Of a stretch of 64,000 nt of DNA, positions 28,301-36,180 are shown one piece after another. Made by a program: the position numbers and the translations under genes. The notes beneath the pieces are model-generated. The model was not told the origin of the DNA and ran no database searches. It saw only the letters and a list, made by a program, of their open reading frames with translations. Source of the stretch: a virus (taxonomy: Duplodnaviria; Caudoviricetes). Location of the stretch: IMG/VR virus record IMGVR_UViG_2706796489_000001, positions 1 through 64,000 of that record. One strand, given 5' to 3'. The stretch's first letter is position 1; the number at the start of each line of letters is the position of its first letter.

Positions 28301-28968
28301 CGCAGAACACGCTGTTCGTGGGTCTTGACGCCATCGTGGACTACAGCACGACTTGGGCGCAGGCCACCTACCCGTGGGACGACCCCAAGGCGCGCACGCC
28401 GTGGGTCACGCCCGGCGACATCTCATCCATCGGCTACAAGTCCGAGATCTCGCTGCGCCGCGAGATCCCTGCGGATGTGCTGCACTCCTGGCCCCTGAAC
28501 GGCACGCTGGTCTCGGAAGGCTTGTCCGACCGCAACCCCGCCAACATCCTGGAACAGGAGAACATCACCTACGGCACCGGCAAATACGGCCGAGGCCTGT
28601 ACGTGGAAAGCGGCACGCCGACGCCAACCAAGCTGCGCTACACGACCATCATCCCGTCCACCTTCAGCTTCAGCGCCTGGGTTCGCCCGATGGATGTTGA
28701 GGACGACGTGTGGTTCGTGATGGAACGCGGAGCTGACTGGATCGCCGTGGTCTACAACAAGGAACGCGAAGCCGTCATGGTCACTTCGACCGACAGCAAG
28801 CAGATCCTCATTCCTTTCAAGATCAACCCTGGTGAACGTTACCTGGTCACGCTCGTTCAAGGTAGCGGTGATCGCACCTTGTACGTCGGCCGTGAAGACA
28901 ACACCTATGCCAAGGGCATGGTCTCCGCCTTCCCGATTGGCGCTATCACCAGCGTGAGGTACTACTGA
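25378..28968 (+). CDS. central tail fibre/host specificity protein (gpJ-like)
   Basis: VELVLGLSVGPIRG; WTNCPPWILYD; PRYTFN; FN3-like repeats; C-terminal LamG-like region (GKYGRGL, FSFSAWVRP). Confidence 0.9.
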   Translation: MHIAPLRGAGGGGGGSSSKYKRTDDNLFSRDTVELVLGLSVGPIRGLTRGMKSFYVGGTPLMSEGGDMNFQSFNLGVKLGYESDGPVSYKLGGESSNKSVGTKMMSGTWISRQTEQTVRGVIDQLQVRINFQQLYRTDDKGDYNHTAQFYIQYKPASSGWWQNYGGEMVQITGKTTSGYYVDFVFDVPRINDDWLIRVMKVNPDSTNTNVCDMAWDSFQAITKSNRRYNKLALAHIVALATSQFGSIPDFAGVYDGRLIQIPTNYNPDTRLYDEITPWNGTFKTGWTNCPPWILYDLIMNPDYGLRKYYPQITVNRFDFYDAAKWCDTFVPNGKGGYQPRYTFNMALLEAKDGLEMLQWIAGSFGAVIFDDATGQVYLKVDKWEEPKMLFTPENVEGGDFNYSFTDMTTRYNDYKVQFVNPDLDWNQDQRRVYDPTHIASHGNIPTEMVMVGCTDEHEALRRGYYRMITALTETCSVTFNVARLGKVIDPYMVIAIADPTPGWSVSGRIKAYMNSYVQLRDPIYFTTVQNYTMTLQTVDGLVKVVVNPERVGTAFQVKVVSGFVPDGLPDRTVFSIEDNGNFGVAKPFRVMDIENIEGSADRFTIMAIEINRNKQAGADNCTPVGSVQYSFKNPLIPPPPMNIQADSGTEQMIIAQDGSIMARIFAYWDAPPNVLIERYEIEWKESDQSTWYYTTSPSESVFLAPCKSGVAYDIVVWAVNSFGNRSSALTLFNYVCIGKTAPPSNVKNFTIRRRTNDILLQWDAIPDLDRKGYEIRIGTTWETATVLVTDYSATQFAWTTTEGGSYSFLISAIDSSGNYSLLPTLQTIYIQGPSAVTGVIAIQSNNRIELRWTPNPEDNILEYEIREGGAWGTAVFLAKVKSTGYSVTAGSAGTRMFWIKAIASPGVYSERASFVTTDVAQLDDTNIIYTTDEVANGFLGSRYNMVVVGGELRMDSGRQRSEYIFPVTLPTRFRAQNTLFVGLDAIVDYSTTWAQATYPWDDPKARTPWVTPGDISSIGYKSEISLRREIPADVLHSWPLNGTLVSEGLSDRNPANILEQENITYGTGKYGRGLYVESGTPTPTKLRYTTIIPSTFSFSAWVRPMDVEDDVWFVMERGADWIAVVYNKEREAVMVTSTDSKQILIPFKINPGERYLVTLVQGSGDRTLYVGREDNTYAKGMVSAFPIGAITSVRYY

Positions 28969-29441
28969 TGTCACACATCATCTCCGATGCCTTGGTGACT
29001 ACCAAGCTTTTGACCGAGGAACAGTTTCGACAGTCCCTCATCAACGAAGCGCCGGTGGGCTTCGGCCCCTTCCAGCAGTTCGTCCCCGGTGACTACGAGT
29101 ATGAGACTGCGCTGTACCGGATCTCGATGGTGTCGAGTTCCGGCGACCGTGGTGTGATCAACAAGTTGCAGGTTGATGTGGACGTGCCGGACATGATGGA
29201 CCGTGGTCGCGTGACGATCACGCCGGCCATGGCCGCAGCTGGCCCGACCTGGGTGTCTTTCAGCCGCCCGTTCCACATTCCTCCTGAGCCTGTAACCAAC
29301 TTGATGAGCGCGTCGTTCGAATGCGTGGTCCGCGTGTTGCCGGATTCCGTCACTCGGGCAGGCTTCATGGTCTACCTCCAACGGACGGACAACGGGGAAC
29401 GAACGGATGGTGTGCTGACCTGGGCCGCGCACTCCTATTAA
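28968..29441 (+). CDS. tail-tip-associated protein
   Basis: Coupled to the gpJ-like gene; VSFSRPFH..PEP (fibre-type beta motif). Confidence 0.6.
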   Translation: MSHIISDALVTTKLLTEEQFRQSLINEAPVGFGPFQQFVPGDYEYETALYRISMVSSSGDRGVINKLQVDVDVPDMMDRGRVTITPAMAAAGPTWVSFSRPFHIPPEPVTNLMSASFECVVRVLPDSVTRAGFMVYLQRTDNGERTDGVLTWAAHSY

Positions 29442-29501
29442 ACCTGGGCTTCTCCGGTTCTCCCGGATAAAATCTCACCACGGTAAACGGAAGATTCAAC
29501 C

Positions 29502-30953
29502 ATGCAAAACTACACCAACATCCCGTCAAGCCAGCGAGTCTCCGACTCGCTGGCGCTGTTGCTGAACAACGACCTGACGGGGATCTCGCGCAACAGTGGC
29601 ACGGCCTTCCCGACCATCGGTCTGCAAGTCGGGATGCCCTTCGTCCATTTGACCGAGCGCAAGCTGTACCGCCTGGAGAGTCTGTCGCCCGTCACCTGGA
29701 CGCTGGAGCTGGACCTGGCCAAGACCCTGGTCTACTCGGAAACCATTGACACGGTGAACGCGCTGGTGGCCACCAAGGTTTCGCTGTCGGGCGGCGTCAT
29801 GACCGGATTGCTGACCTTGAGCGGCAACCCGACGCAGACCCTGCACGCGGCCACCAAGGGCTACGTGGATACGGTCGGCGCTACCGCTTCAGCGTCCGCC
29901 AATACCCGCGTGCTCAAGACGGGCGACACCATGACCGGCCAGCTCACGCTGCCGGGAGATCCGACCTTGGATCTTCATGCGGCGACCAAACGCTATGCCG
30001 ACTACCTGTTCAACACGGTCAACCAGAACAAGGTGAACAAGGCCGGCGACACGGTGAACGAGATCTACAACACCGGCTGGTATCGCTCGACGGGTAACGT
30101 GGGCTGGTACAACCAGACCTACGGTGGCGGCCTGTACATGGTTGATTCCGTCTACTTGCGCGGCACGGGCGCACAGGGGTTGATCGTCGGCCCTCACCAG
30201 CTACTGAACAACGGTCAGATCTACACCGGACGCTACGGCTACCTTGAAAACTACTTCGCTTCCAAGAGCGCGGAAGATCGCATCACGGCGGCGAGCACGA
30301 CCGAATCGGGCAGCGGCTCCTTCTACAACCCGGGCGGCTATTACCTGACGCGCTCCGGCGCCTACGTCTACCTCGTCAAGCCGCGCCAGAACTGCAACTG
30401 TGACTGCAACTGCAATTGCTCGTGCTTCCCGGCCGGTACGATGGTGCTGATGGCCGATGGGACGCAGAAGCTGATCGAGACCATCCAGGTCGGAGATCAA
30501 GTCATGGGCTGGGATGGCCAGCCTGATGAAGTTGACTTGATGGAATACCCGATCTTGGGCGAGCGCCGCCTGGCTGGCTTTGCTGACGGCTCGTTGAGCT
30601 GGTCGGAAGAGCACCTGGCCTGGACGCGCCGCGATGGCCACGAGTGGTTCGGCACGCTGGGCAAGAACTGGTGGTATGCCGAGGTACTGGCGGATCACGT
30701 CGTCGGCCTGCGCGACAACGCCACGCTGCGGGATCTGGATGAAGACCGCGACGAGTTCGCGCACGTTAGCGGCTGGGTCAAGCGCAAGCTGGTGGCCGAG
30801 AAGGCCGACTACAACACCCAGCTGTACCTGCCGCGCACCAAGCGCACGCACATGATCATCGTCAACGGCTACCTGATGACGGCCGGCACTGACGGCTTCG
30901 CTGTGGACTACACGCAAGTGAACTGGAAAGGACTCCCCCATGTTGCTGCATAA
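29502..30953 (+). CDS. tail fibre with Cys-rich tip and C-terminal Hint domain
   Basis: Fibre repeats (GGVMTGLLTL..P...LHAATKGYVD; GDTMTGQLTL..P...LHAATKRYAD); GWYNQTYGGG motif; NCNCDCNCNCS then Hint CFPAGTMVLMADG, block B SEEH. Confidence 0.88.
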   Translation: MQNYTNIPSSQRVSDSLALLLNNDLTGISRNSGTAFPTIGLQVGMPFVHLTERKLYRLESLSPVTWTLELDLAKTLVYSETIDTVNALVATKVSLSGGVMTGLLTLSGNPTQTLHAATKGYVDTVGATASASANTRVLKTGDTMTGQLTLPGDPTLDLHAATKRYADYLFNTVNQNKVNKAGDTVNEIYNTGWYRSTGNVGWYNQTYGGGLYMVDSVYLRGTGAQGLIVGPHQLLNNGQIYTGRYGYLENYFASKSAEDRITAASTTESGSGSFYNPGGYYLTRSGAYVYLVKPRQNCNCDCNCNCSCFPAGTMVLMADGTQKLIETIQVGDQVMGWDGQPDEVDLMEYPILGERRLAGFADGSLSWSEEHLAWTRRDGHEWFGTLGKNWWYAEVLADHVVGLRDNATLRDLDEDRDEFAHVSGWVKRKLVAEKADYNTQLYLPRTKRTHMIIVNGYLMTAGTDGFAVDYTQVNWKGLPHVAA

Positions 30954-31662
30954 ATCCTTCGTCTCCCCCGAGCTGGTCTTCTCGGACGACAAAGAAGTGG
31001 CCAAGGCCAATGAATGGACCTTGCGTGTTCAACCCACGCCTACCGGGTTCATCATCCAGTCTGCGGCCTATCAGCTGTATTGGCAGTTCGACCACACGAA
31101 GCTCCAGCACGGCGACGACATCCTGCACCTGGTCAAGGCCCGCAGCGGTGAGGTCAAGATGATCTGGCACTCCGAGACCACGCAGTCCAAGGACGGCATG
31201 GCGGCGGCGCTCCAGCGCAACAACATCGACGTGTTCATGCCGCTGGTGGTCATCGCCATTGCCAAGGACACGTCCGACTTCGTTGCGGTGTTCCAGGCCA
31301 ACTCGACCCAGACCCTGGGCGACTTCAACGTGCTGCCCGAGAACCTGGCCACGGCGCGCTCGGACGAGATCTTCCTGGCCGTCGCGCCGCAGATGACGGA
31401 CATGATCAACCGTTATGGCGAGAAGATGCGCTTGCTCAAGGGCATCCGCACCAACGACGCCATCGCGGCGCTGGAGGCCCAGGTGGATCTGCTGACCTCG
31501 TGGGTGTCGGCGCTGATCCCCGAGGAATTCCGGGACCAGCTGATCGAGGCCGGAGTTCTAAGGAACAAAGATACCAAAGTGGTTTTTGATGATATGCTTG
31601 CGTTCAAGCAGTCGATGCGCTCCCGCGTTGGCACTTATCAAAAGATCGTCAAGAAAACATGA
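30940..31662 (+). CDS. hypothetical protein coupled to the fibre and radical SAM genes (240 aa)
   Basis: Overlaps the fibre stop and the radical SAM start; beta-rich N-terminal half, helical C-terminal half. Confidence 0.8.
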   Translation: MLLHKSFVSPELVFSDDKEVAKANEWTLRVQPTPTGFIIQSAAYQLYWQFDHTKLQHGDDILHLVKARSGEVKMIWHSETTQSKDGMAAALQRNNIDVFMPLVVIAIAKDTSDFVAVFQANSTQTLGDFNVLPENLATARSDEIFLAVAPQMTDMINRYGEKMRLLKGIRTNDAIAALEAQVDLLTSWVSALIPEEFRDQLIEAGVLRNKDTKVVFDDMLAFKQSMRSRVGTYQKIVKKT

Positions 31663-33023
31663 CCACCTTTGTTCTCAAGACGGTCGATGCCGATGGCATC
31701 GGCCGTGATTTTTTGTACAACAACATGGCCAGCGTGTTGCGTGAGATCAGCACCAACACGAAGATCATGCCGCGTGTCACCGAAGAGAAGGTGACGCCGA
31801 CCCGCCCGGTCATGGTGACGTGGAAGAAGAGCCGCAAGATCAGCGTGCTCAAGATTCAGCTGGGTCTGTCCTGCAACTACTCCTGCGAATACTGTCTCCA
31901 GCGCTTCGTGCCATTCGAGCAAGACACGAGCGCCCGCGATGTCGAGGCCTTCATGGCCAGCCTGGAGCGCAACGTCACGCTGGCGCCTAACGCCCGCATC
32001 CAGTTCTGGGGCGGCGAGCCGCTGGTCTACTGGAAGACCATGTTCCCCTTGGCGCGAGCACTGCGCGCCAAGTACCCCGAGGCACAGTTCTCGGTCATCA
32101 CCAATGGTTCATTGTTGGATTTCGAGAAGGCCTTGTTCCTGCTGGAGCTGGGCTTTGACGTGGCCATCTCGCACGACGGCCCCGGCCAGTCGATCCGAGG
32201 TGCTGACCCGTTCGAAGATCCGCTCACGCGCCAGGCCATTCTCATGCTCTACCAGCGCCTGCAACCGCTGGGCAAGATGTCCTTCAACGCGATGATCCAC
32301 AAGAACAACCAGAGCCGCGCTGCGGTTCAAGAGTTCTTCCAGAAGCTGACCAACGATCCTGACGTGCCGATTGGTGAAGGCGGCTTCATCGACGCCTACG
32401 ATGAAGGCGGCATGATGCACACGACCATGACCGCGCAAGAGCACGTCGAGTTCCGCCGGCAGGCGTTCGATGAGATCTCCAATGGTCGAGCCTTGAACTT
32501 CGTGTCGGTCGGCCAGAAGATCATGGACTTCTTCGAAACGCTGGACACTGGCCGCAGCGGCTACCACGTCTGGCAGAAGTGCGGCATGGATAAGGAAGAC
32601 CGCATCGCGGTCACGCTCAAGGGCGACGTGCTGACGTGCCAGAACGTCTCAACCACGGCGGTCGCGGCGAACGGTGCCTCGCACCATGTCGGCAACATCG
32701 AGCGGATGGAAGAGGTCAAGATCGAAACCAGCAGCCACTGGCTCGGCCGCGAGAACTGCCGGTCATGCCCGGTGCTTCAGCTGTGCAAAGGCTCCTGCAT
32801 GTACCTGCAAGGCGACCTGTGGGATGCGAGCTGCGCGGCCTCGTACAGCGACAACGTGGTCTTGCTGGCCGTGGCCGTGAAAGAGCTGACGGGATGCACG
32901 CTCAAGACCATCGAGCCGCTGGGCGACAAGCTCCCTGACTACCGGCGCAACGTGTTCGATGACGCCCCCAAGAACGAAACGCACCTTCGGAAAATCATTC
33001 CGATCACCCTGGAGAAGAAGTGA
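31659..33023 (+). CDS. radical SAM enzyme with a SPASM domain
   Basis: CNYSCEYC (CX3CX2C), FWGGEP, VITNG, ISHDG; seven-Cys SPASM: C-X13-G-X4-C...CRSC-X5-C-X3-C...C. Confidence 0.95.
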   Translation: MTTFVLKTVDADGIGRDFLYNNMASVLREISTNTKIMPRVTEEKVTPTRPVMVTWKKSRKISVLKIQLGLSCNYSCEYCLQRFVPFEQDTSARDVEAFMASLERNVTLAPNARIQFWGGEPLVYWKTMFPLARALRAKYPEAQFSVITNGSLLDFEKALFLLELGFDVAISHDGPGQSIRGADPFEDPLTRQAILMLYQRLQPLGKMSFNAMIHKNNQSRAAVQEFFQKLTNDPDVPIGEGGFIDAYDEGGMMHTTMTAQEHVEFRRQAFDEISNGRALNFVSVGQKIMDFFETLDTGRSGYHVWQKCGMDKEDRIAVTLKGDVLTCQNVSTTAVAANGASHHVGNIERMEEVKIETSSHWLGRENCRSCPVLQLCKGSCMYLQGDLWDASCAASYSDNVVLLAVAVKELTGCTLKTIEPLGDKLPDYRRNVFDDAPKNETHLRKIIPITLEKK

Positions 33024-33424
33024 TGAACGACCCTCAAGCTCAAGCTCAACCCCGCGAACCCGGCGACTACATGATCCAGGCGCTGCAACACCAGCGCAAC
33101 AACGCCATGGACTTGCTGGCGCAGACCCAGATGTCCCTGGGCATGGCTCAACAAGGCCTGGAGCAAGCCATCGCGCAGAACAAGGCGCTCAACGAGATGA
33201 ACGAGGCCATGATCAAGGCCAACGCCGAGCTGGAAGGTGAGCTGGCGCGCCTGCGGTCGGAGAACCAGATCCTGGCCACCAAGCTCGACTCGCACGCGCA
33301 CTGCGCGCAAGGGGAGGGGGTCTTGACCACGTTGCTCACGGCCGACAATCCGCCCGCGCATACCCCGCCTCCCCCTCAAGCCCAGGCGGGCGAGCCGGCC
33401 ACGGCGAGGGGGTCGGAAAGTTGA
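33020..33424 (+). CDS. hypothetical coiled-coil protein
   Basis: Start overlaps the radical SAM stop; Gln/Ala/Glu heptads and a Pro-rich tail. Confidence 0.75.
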   Translation: MMNDPQAQAQPREPGDYMIQALQHQRNNAMDLLAQTQMSLGMAQQGLEQAIAQNKALNEMNEAMIKANAELEGELARLRSENQILATKLDSHAHCAQGEGVLTTLLTADNPPAHTPPPPQAQAGEPATARGSES

Positions 33425-33545
33425 CGCCCCACCAGTGGTCGTGGAAGAGGCGCTGGCGCGTTTTCTGAACGCCGTTGGGGACCAGATAGCAGCACTGGCC
33501 AGAAAGCTCCCCAGAGGCCGGAATCGCAGGCCATAGCCCTATGTG

Positions 33546-33574
33546 AAAGCGCCCTTGACGGGCGCTTTTTCTTT
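33546..33574 (+). terminator. rho-independent terminator
   Basis: AAAGCGCCC-TTGAC-GGGCGCTTT-TTCTTT. Confidence 0.75.
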
Positions 33575-33639
33575 CCAGAAAACCTTTGGGTAGATGCAAC
33601 CATCCGGTTAGAATCATCCCACCTTCACCGGAGTTCACC

Positions 33640-34179
33640 GTGATCACCATTTCCCCCCAACAGCTCAAGCGGATAATGCCGAACGCCAGCCTGGCTAACA
33701 CGGAGCTGTACGCGCCTCTGCTGACCTCGCACATGCTCAAGTGGCACATCGACACTTACGAGCAAGTCACTGCCTTCATCGCCAACGTTGGCCATGAAAG
33801 CGGTGAGTTGAAATGGGTCGAAGAGATTGCAAGTGGTGCCGCTTATGAAGGTCGCCGCGATCTCGGCAACACCGAACCTGGCGATGGCAAGCGGTACAAA
33901 GGCCGGGGTCTCATCCAGTTGACGGGCCGGCTCAACTACGTGTTGATCGGCTTCATGCTGGAGCAAGACTTCATCAACAACCCTGAAAAACTCAAGGAGC
34001 CGAAATTCGCATCCGAAAGCGCTTGCGCCTTCTGGTGGAACAACTATCTGGATCGCAAAGCAACGAGCGAGACTCAGTTCCGCCAAGTCGTCAAGATCAT
34101 CAACGGCGGATATAACGGGATGGACGACCGTAGCAAGTTGTACGCCCGCGCCCGTGACGTTCTCGCGGAGCAAAAATAA
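33640..34179 (+). CDS. endolysin, glycoside hydrolase family 19
   Basis: FIANVGHESGEL..VEE; YEGRRDLGNT.PGDG.RYKGRGLIQLTGR.NY; IINGGYNG..DR. Start placed at GTG 33640 after GGAG. Confidence 0.93.
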   Translation: MITISPQQLKRIMPNASLANTELYAPLLTSHMLKWHIDTYEQVTAFIANVGHESGELKWVEEIASGAAYEGRRDLGNTEPGDGKRYKGRGLIQLTGRLNYVLIGFMLEQDFINNPEKLKEPKFASESACAFWWNNYLDRKATSETQFRQVVKIINGGYNGMDDRSKLYARARDVLAEQK

Positions 34180-34589
34180 TGAACCACAATGACTTCATTG
34201 GTCGCCTCATGTTCACGAGTTGGGCGGTCATCGTAGTTATCTTAGCGGTGACTCCCTCAGACTCTGTTCCCGAGATCAGCAATCTGTATGGAGGAATGTT
34301 GCTCACAGTCCTCCTGGCAATTGCAAGCGCGTTCTTGATTGCTGATCTGGTCATCAACGACTTCATGCCTCCCCGATTCGTGTTTCGCACCGCGATGAAG
34401 TGGAGAACATGGGCCTACACTCTGTCGTCTTTCGTATACGCCGCCCACTTGTTCGTCGTCGCTCGGTCGATTGGATTTGTGGAAGGCGGGACCATCGTCA
34501 TGTACACGACCATGGTCCTATTCGGATTGCTGCTCTCGTTTCGCAACATCTTCTGCCTGCGAGGGAAAAAGCGTGCAACCGTTAATTAA
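34179..34589 (+). CDS. multi-TM membrane protein (holin/antiholin candidate)
   Basis: About four hydrophobic segments, located between the endolysin and spanin genes. Confidence 0.6.
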   Translation: MNHNDFIGRLMFTSWAVIVVILAVTPSDSVPEISNLYGGMLLTVLLAIASAFLIADLVINDFMPPRFVFRTAMKWRTWAYTLSSFVYAAHLFVVARSIGFVEGGTIVMYTTMVLFGLLLSFRNIFCLRGKKRATVN

Positions 34590-34980
34590 ATATATGGCCG
34601 CTATGACGGCCATGCTGTGGGGCGTTACCTTCACTGCGGCGGTGCAAGCTCAAGGCATCGGCTACCGCATTGGGGCTGACCTGGCGAGCATTCCGTTCTC
34701 GGCTTACGTGATCGTGGTGATGCTCAGTGGTGTCGGCGGATTTGTCTCGACGTTGATCCGGCTGTCGAATGAGTCCGACGAAAAACTTGCGCGGTGGAAG
34801 CTCTTCGCCCTGCGAGATATGGCGTCGTCCTTGTTGGCCGGCATCGTGGTCTTCTTCTGGGCGGAATCCTCCCAGTGGGATTCCGCTCGTGCCGCCATCA
34901 TGATCACGCTGGCCGGCTTCGGCGGGACCAAGGTGCTTGACATCCTGATGGACAAGTTCTTTTCCAAAAAGGAGCCGCAA
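34582..34980 (+). CDS. holin candidate
   Basis: Several TM segments, LAGFGGTKVLD motif and a basic C-terminus. Confidence 0.7.
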
Positions 34981-35546
34981 TGAAGATGATCTCTCTCCAG
35001 ACCACCATCATTGCGGCCGCAATAGCACTCGCGGTCGGGGGCATCGGCGGATTGGTCTCGGCATGGAGCCTCACCAGGAACCATTACATCGCCAAGATCG
35101 AATCTGAACGATCAGCTGCGAGTGAGGCCGCTCGTATCGCTGAAGCGAAGTTCAACACCACGGTGGCCAACCTCAAGTCTGCCAGCAGCCGTGAGCTAAA
35201 TGAAGTATCAACTGCTCTTCAGGAGAAACTGAATGCTGCTGAAAAGATCAACGATGATTATGCTCGTCGTATCGCCACTGGTTCTCTCGTCCTGCGCGAC
35301 CCGGGAGCCAGTCGCCCCCGTCAAGTATCCCAGGATCGAAGTTGCCCCGCCGCCAGCCAACGTGATGGTCAAACGGGAAGCGAACTTTCGACAGAGGCTT
35401 CTCAATTTCTTTGGGGAGAAGCCGAGCGAGCTGACCGAAACACCGAAGAATTGAGCGCGTGCCAGGCGGTGGCCGCGAGCTACTGGCAACTGATCAACAA
35501 GTATGGCCTGGAGATCGAAGCTCTCACGGCCACCATGATGAAGTAA
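34980..35546 (+). CDS. Rz: i-spanin
   Basis: N-terminal TM, coiled coil, LSTEASQFL.GEAERAD. Confidence 0.85.
   Translation: MKMISLQTTIIAAAIALAVGGIGGLVSAWSLTRNHYIAKIESERSAASEAARIAEAKFNTTVANLKSASSRELNEVSTALQEKLNAAEKINDDYARRIATGSLVLRDPGASRPRQVSQDRSCPAASQRDGQTGSELSTEASQFLWGEAERADRNTEELSACQAVAASYWQLINKYGLEIEALTATMMK
35233..35454 (+). CDS. Rz1: o-spanin lipoprotein embedded in Rz
   Basis: AGGAG RBS; signal peptide ending in the LSSC lipobox; Pro-rich mature part; alternate frame inside Rz. Confidence 0.88.
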   Translation: MLLKRSTMIMLVVSPLVLSSCATREPVAPVKYPRIEVAPPPANVMVKREANFRQRLLNFFGEKPSELTETPKN

Positions 35547-35555
35547 GGACTGAAG

Positions 35556-36176
35556 ATGGCCACCAACCCTCTTATCCCTAACAACGCAGATGGCCAGAAG
35601 GTGATCCTGGTCGTAGCACCCGTAGTGAATGCCGGAGATAACATCGTGCCTATCAAGATGCTTTATGGAAGCGGCGCGCCGTCGAATGCTGACGGCGACG
35701 AGAAAGACTTCTACATGAACATCGACAACTACTATCTCTTCGGTCCCAAGACCCAGGGTCTGTGGGGGACCGGCATCAACCTGCGTGAGAAGGGAGAGCA
35801 AGGCCCGCCCGGGGACATCAACCTGGAGAAGATCGAAGAGATCATCGGACCTTCTGGCGCGAATGCCGAAATCGTGATCGACCTCTCGCTGGTCAAGTCG
35901 GTGTTCAAGATCAAGCTCAATGCTTCGATGAACAAGATCACGCTGGTGAACACGACCACGGCCGACGCTTCGATTGCGCGCACCTTCACGGCTGTGCTGG
36001 AGCAAGGCACCGGCAGCAACGAAGTCACCGACTGGGACGCCCGTATCCGTTGGCCCGATGGTCTGCCGCCTGAGCTGTCGTATCAGATCTCCACCTACGA
36101 CATCTTCCACTTCCTGTCGCTCAATCGCGGTGACTCGTTCATCCCGATGCGCGTTGCGGCCAACGCCCCGGTGTAA
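35556..36176 (+). CDS. short tail fibre-like/adaptor protein
   Basis: GAPSNADG...DFYMNIDNYYLFGPKT...WG fibre motif, collagen-like GEQGPPGD, C-terminal IRWPDG..PELS...DIFHF domain. Confidence 0.65.
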   Translation: MATNPLIPNNADGQKVILVVAPVVNAGDNIVPIKMLYGSGAPSNADGDEKDFYMNIDNYYLFGPKTQGLWGTGINLREKGEQGPPGDINLEKIEEIIGPSGANAEIVIDLSLVKSVFKIKLNASMNKITLVNTTTADASIARTFTAVLEQGTGSNEVTDWDARIRWPDGLPPELSYQISTYDIFHFLSLNRGDSFIPMRVAANAPV

Positions 36177-36180
36177 CCCC

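Noticed and set aside
30423-30953. Classical splicing intein or homing element
   Set aside because: No LAGLIDADG/HNH insert, no terminal His-Asn followed by Cys/Ser/Thr, and no substantial C-extein
31659-33023. Radical SAM as QueE, a NrdG activase or a viperin-like enzyme
   Set aside because: It has a full seven-Cys SPASM domain and no queC/queD/folE or nrdD neighbours, and its context is the tail fibre operon
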